This document shows, piece by piece, positions 61,306-64,000 of a stretch of DNA of 64,000 nucleotides (positions are counted from its first letter, which is position 1; each line of letters starts with the position of its first letter). The notes under the pieces are model-generated. The model was not told where the DNA came from. It worked only from the letters and a program-made list of their open reading frames with translations, and did no database searches. The stretch is taken from IMG/VR virus record IMGVR_UViG_3300046167_000724. One strand, 5' to 3'. Source of the DNA: a virus (taxonomy: Duplodnaviria > Caudoviricetes). The position numbers were made by a program, and so were the translations under genes.

Positions 61306-64000
61306 ATGCCTTACGTTTCTAAAGACGACATCATGGCTTTTATCCCTGAGGGGATAACTTTACAGCAAGGTGTAGCTACAACAATAGATATTCAGCTTTA
61401 CAAAGACTATTTAAATAATAATTTAAATGCAGCAGAGGCGGATTCAATTGTAGTTACCTTATATAACTCATTTGGACAAAAAACATATCAATACGCAAAT
61501 CCAGTAGTTCCTGGTCAAACCGATAGACTTAATATTGGTGTACCGGCGTCTGCAACTCAAGGTACTATCTCTTTTGATATTACAGCAACACAGGCCGCTA
61601 ATTTAGCATCTGGTAGTATTTACGCTCAAGTAACAATTACATATTCAAATTATTATCCATCTGCAAAAACTTATGTTTTACCTAGGTTACTACTTGGTGA
61701 TAATAATAATTCTACATTACCAGGTGGTGAAGGTTCAGATAATTCTGGCACATCAGGTTCAGGTACTTCTGGCAACAGTCCAGTATCTTCGATGGATATG
61801 GTTAAATATGCAATTAGTCATGTAGATGGTTCACAGCCATCGATTAAATCAGTTTCCGTAAACAATACTGACCCCGCGTTAGTTACAGAAATTACATTTT
61901 ATAATTTAGACCAAAATAATCATAGAAACGTTTTATTAGAAAACTTTTTAGAGAATAGAATAGCAAATAGTGTTTTAGGTACTATCACGATAGTTGATAA
62001 AGACAATCCACTAAATTATTCTGTTTATAGTATTTCTAGCTATTCTAGGATTAATGCTGAATCTGGAGGTGGTGACGACAATGATAATGACTATACAAAA
62101 ATTGTAGTTGCATATGAAGATAATTCATATTCACCAGTTGATTCACCGTATGCGTATGAAGTAGGTCAATCTATTGGATACATGTTAGATGCATTTGGCG
62201 GTGCTTCACAAACAGGTTCAACTCAAGGTGCTCAAGGTGCTAATGGCGTCGACGGTGCTCAAGGTGCTACAGGTGCTCAAGGTGCTAATGGTGTCGATGG
62301 CGCTCAAGGTGCTAATGGTGTCGACGGTGCTCAAGGTGCTCAAGGTGCTAACGGTGTCGACGGTGCTCAAGGTGCTAACGGTGTCGATGGTGCTCAAGGT
62401 GCTAATGGTGTCGATGGCGCTCAAGGCGCTAATGGCGTCGATGGCGCTCAAGGTGCTAACGGTGCTAACGGTGTCGACGGTGCTCAAGGTGCTAACGGTG
62501 TCGACGGTGCTCAAGGTGCTAACGGTGTCGATGGTGCTCAAGGTGCTAATGGTGTCGATGGTGCTCAAGGTGCTAATGGTGTCGATGGCGCTCAAGGTGC
62601 TAATGGCGTCGATGGTGCTCAAGGTGCTAACGGTGTCGACGGTGCTCAAGGTGCTAACGGTGTCGATGGCGCTCAAGGTGCTAATGGCGTCGATGGTGCT
62701 CAAGGTGCTAACGGTGTCGACGGTGCTCAAGGTGCTAACGGTGTCGACGGTGCTCAAGGTGCTAACGGTGTCGATGGTGCTCAAGGTGCTAATGGTGTCG
62801 ATGGCGCTCAAGGTGCTCAAGGAGCCGAAGGTACTCCAGGTACTGGTATTACTTTCCAAGGCTCTGTTGCAAATGTAGCAGGTTTACCTACTACTGGAAA
62901 TGACCAAGGAGACGCTTATTTAAATCAAGATAATGATTCTTTATGGATTTGGGATGGTACTCAATGGGTTGACGGTGGTTCAATTCAAGGTCCAGCCGGT
63001 CCAACCGGTTTACAAGGAGCTCAGGGTGCTGATGGTGCCGCAGCTTCTGCAGGTGCTCAAGGTTCTCAAGGTGCTGATGGCGCTCAAGGTGCTGATGGCG
63101 CTCAAGGTGCTGATGGTGCTCAAGGTGCTAATGGTGCTCAAGGCCCAATAGGTTTACAAGGAATTGAAGGTGCACAAGGCGCTACAGGTTCTCAAGGTGC
63201 TGATGGTGCTCAAGGTGCTAATGGTGCTCAAGGCCCAATAGGTTTACAAGGAATTGAAGGTGCTCAAGGTGCCGATGGTGCTCAAGGTGCTGATGGCGCT
63301 CAAGGTGCTAATGGTGCTCAAGGCCCAATAGGTTTACAAGGAATTGAAGGTGCACAAGGTGCTGCTGGTGTTAACGGAGCTCAAGGAGATGCTGGTGTAA
63401 ATGGGGCACAAGGTGCTGCTGGTGTAAATGGAGCACAAGGTGCAAACGGAGAAACAGGCCCTGCAGGTCCACAAGGAGCACAAGGTGATGCTGGTGTTAA
63501 TGGAGCGCAAGGTGCTATAGGTTTACAAGGACCTTCTGGTGCTGAAGGTGCACAAGGTGCTGCTGGTACTAATGGCGTCGAAGGTGCTCAAGGTGCTGCT
63601 GGTATTGGTGTTCCTTCAGGTGGTACATCAGGTCAAGTAATTACTAAAGTTGATGCTAATCCTTATAATACTGTATGGGCTGACCCAACTGGAGCCTCTG
63701 GTGCAGGTTACACAAAATACTTATTAAGACTAAACTATAATTCATCAAACCTTTTAATTGGCGGTACGTCATCACATTCGTTCCAGTCAAAAGCAGGTTA
63801 TGAAACTACAGGCGCTGGAATAAACTCAGCAATTGCAGGTACTAATAGCCAACCGGGTAGCATATCTGTTGCATTTACTGAAAGCAATCCACCTATCTCT
63901 ATTTTAGTTATGGCATGGGATCCTGCAACTAGTGAATATAAAGTGCACCACTATGATAAAGATGCGGCAAACATAGTTGTTAATACAGCGTCTGGTGATT
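61306..64000 (+). CDS. Collagen-like fibre protein (partial, >=898 aa, no stop in window so absent from ORF track)
   Basis: MPYVSKDDIM...; two Gly-X-Y blocks separated by GDAY...LWIWDGTQW hinge; GGTSGQV.TK motif. Confidence 0.85.
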   Translation, partial: MPYVSKDDIMAFIPEGITLQQGVATTIDIQLYKDYLNNNLNAAEADSIVVTLYNSFGQKTYQYANPVVPGQTDRLNIGVPASATQGTISFDITATQAANLASGSIYAQVTITYSNYYPSAKTYVLPRLLLGDNNNSTLPGGEGSDNSGTSGSGTSGNSPVSSMDMVKYAISHVDGSQPSIKSVSVNNTDPALVTEITFYNLDQNNHRNVLLENFLENRIANSVLGTITIVDKDNPLNYSVYSISSYSRINAESGGGDDNDNDYTKIVVAYEDNSYSPVDSPYAYEVGQSIGYMLDAFGGASQTGSTQGAQGANGVDGAQGATGAQGANGVDGAQGANGVDGAQGAQGANGVDGAQGANGVDGAQGANGVDGAQGANGVDGAQGANGANGVDGAQGANGVDGAQGANGVDGAQGANGVDGAQGANGVDGAQGANGVDGAQGANGVDGAQGANGVDGAQGANGVDGAQGANGVDGAQGANGVDGAQGANGVDGAQGANGVDGAQGAQGAEGTPGTGITFQGSVANVAGLPTTGNDQGDAYLNQDNDSLWIWDGTQWVDGGSIQGPAGPTGLQGAQGADGAAASAGAQGSQGADGAQGADGAQGADGAQGANGAQGPIGLQGIEGAQGATGSQGADGAQGANGAQGPIGLQGIEGAQGADGAQGADGAQGANGAQGPIGLQGIEGAQGAAGVNGAQGDAGVNGAQGAAGVNGAQGANGETGPAGPQGAQGDAGVNGAQGAIGLQGPSGAEGAQGAAGTNGVEGAQGAAGIGVPSGGTSGQVITKVDANPYNTVWADPTGASGAGYTKYLLRLNYNSSNLLIGGTSSHSFQSKAGYETTGAGINSAIAGTNSQPGSISVAFTESNPPISILVMAWDPATSEYKVHHYDKDAANIVVNTASGD
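62227..62838 (+). repeat. Collagen block 1: 68 Gly-X-Y triplets, mostly 27-bp GAQ-GAN-GVD units
   Basis: Phase checked at each 60-nt line. Confidence 0.92.
62989..63600 (+). repeat. Collagen block 2: 68 Gly-X-Y triplets, more diverse
   Basis: Phase checked at each 60-nt line. Confidence 0.9.

Noticed and set aside
62189-62878. Track ORFs 62189-62878 (+) and 62218-62859 (-), and CRISPR-like periodicity of the 27-bp repeat
   Set aside because: Off-frame shadows of the collagen repeat; units are contiguous with no unique spacers, so not CRISPR.
1-64000. Stop-codon reassignment (code 15 or 4)
   Set aside because: Core genes are full length in code 11 and TAG is used as a true stop (e.g. 21288, 28232, 47977); no suppressor tRNA seen.

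Overview
AT-rich 64 kb segment of a large, uncultured-type T4-like myovirus (contractile sheath, T4-type head and replisome genes), read in standard code 11 and almost entirely on the + strand. Order: uvsY (partial)-uvsW; a 10 kb cluster of probable internal-head (virion-injected) proteins carrying T4-like capsid-targeting motifs and prohead-protease-type sites, including an RNA-ligase-like plus HIGH-nucleotidyltransferase pair; thyA, dimeric dUTPase/dCTPase, a family B DNA polymerase split into two genes 4.3 kb apart with nrdB-nrdA and the sliding clamp between them; uvsX, 2OG-Fe(II) oxygenase, gp41, gp47/46; gp15, a short gp55-like sigma, gp4, gp2, portal, fused protease-scaffold, major capsid; clamp loader, RNase H; neck, terminase, sheath (one frameshift), tube, hub chaperones, tape measure; nine tRNAs separated by several unexplained structured spacers; endolysin; and a collagen-like fibre gene running off the right end. 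Three recurring promoter motifs are visible. The RNR type, absence of Shine-Dalgarno sites and the early-type motif suggest a Bacteroidota host (inference). All family assignments are from motif recognition by eye; no database searches were run.
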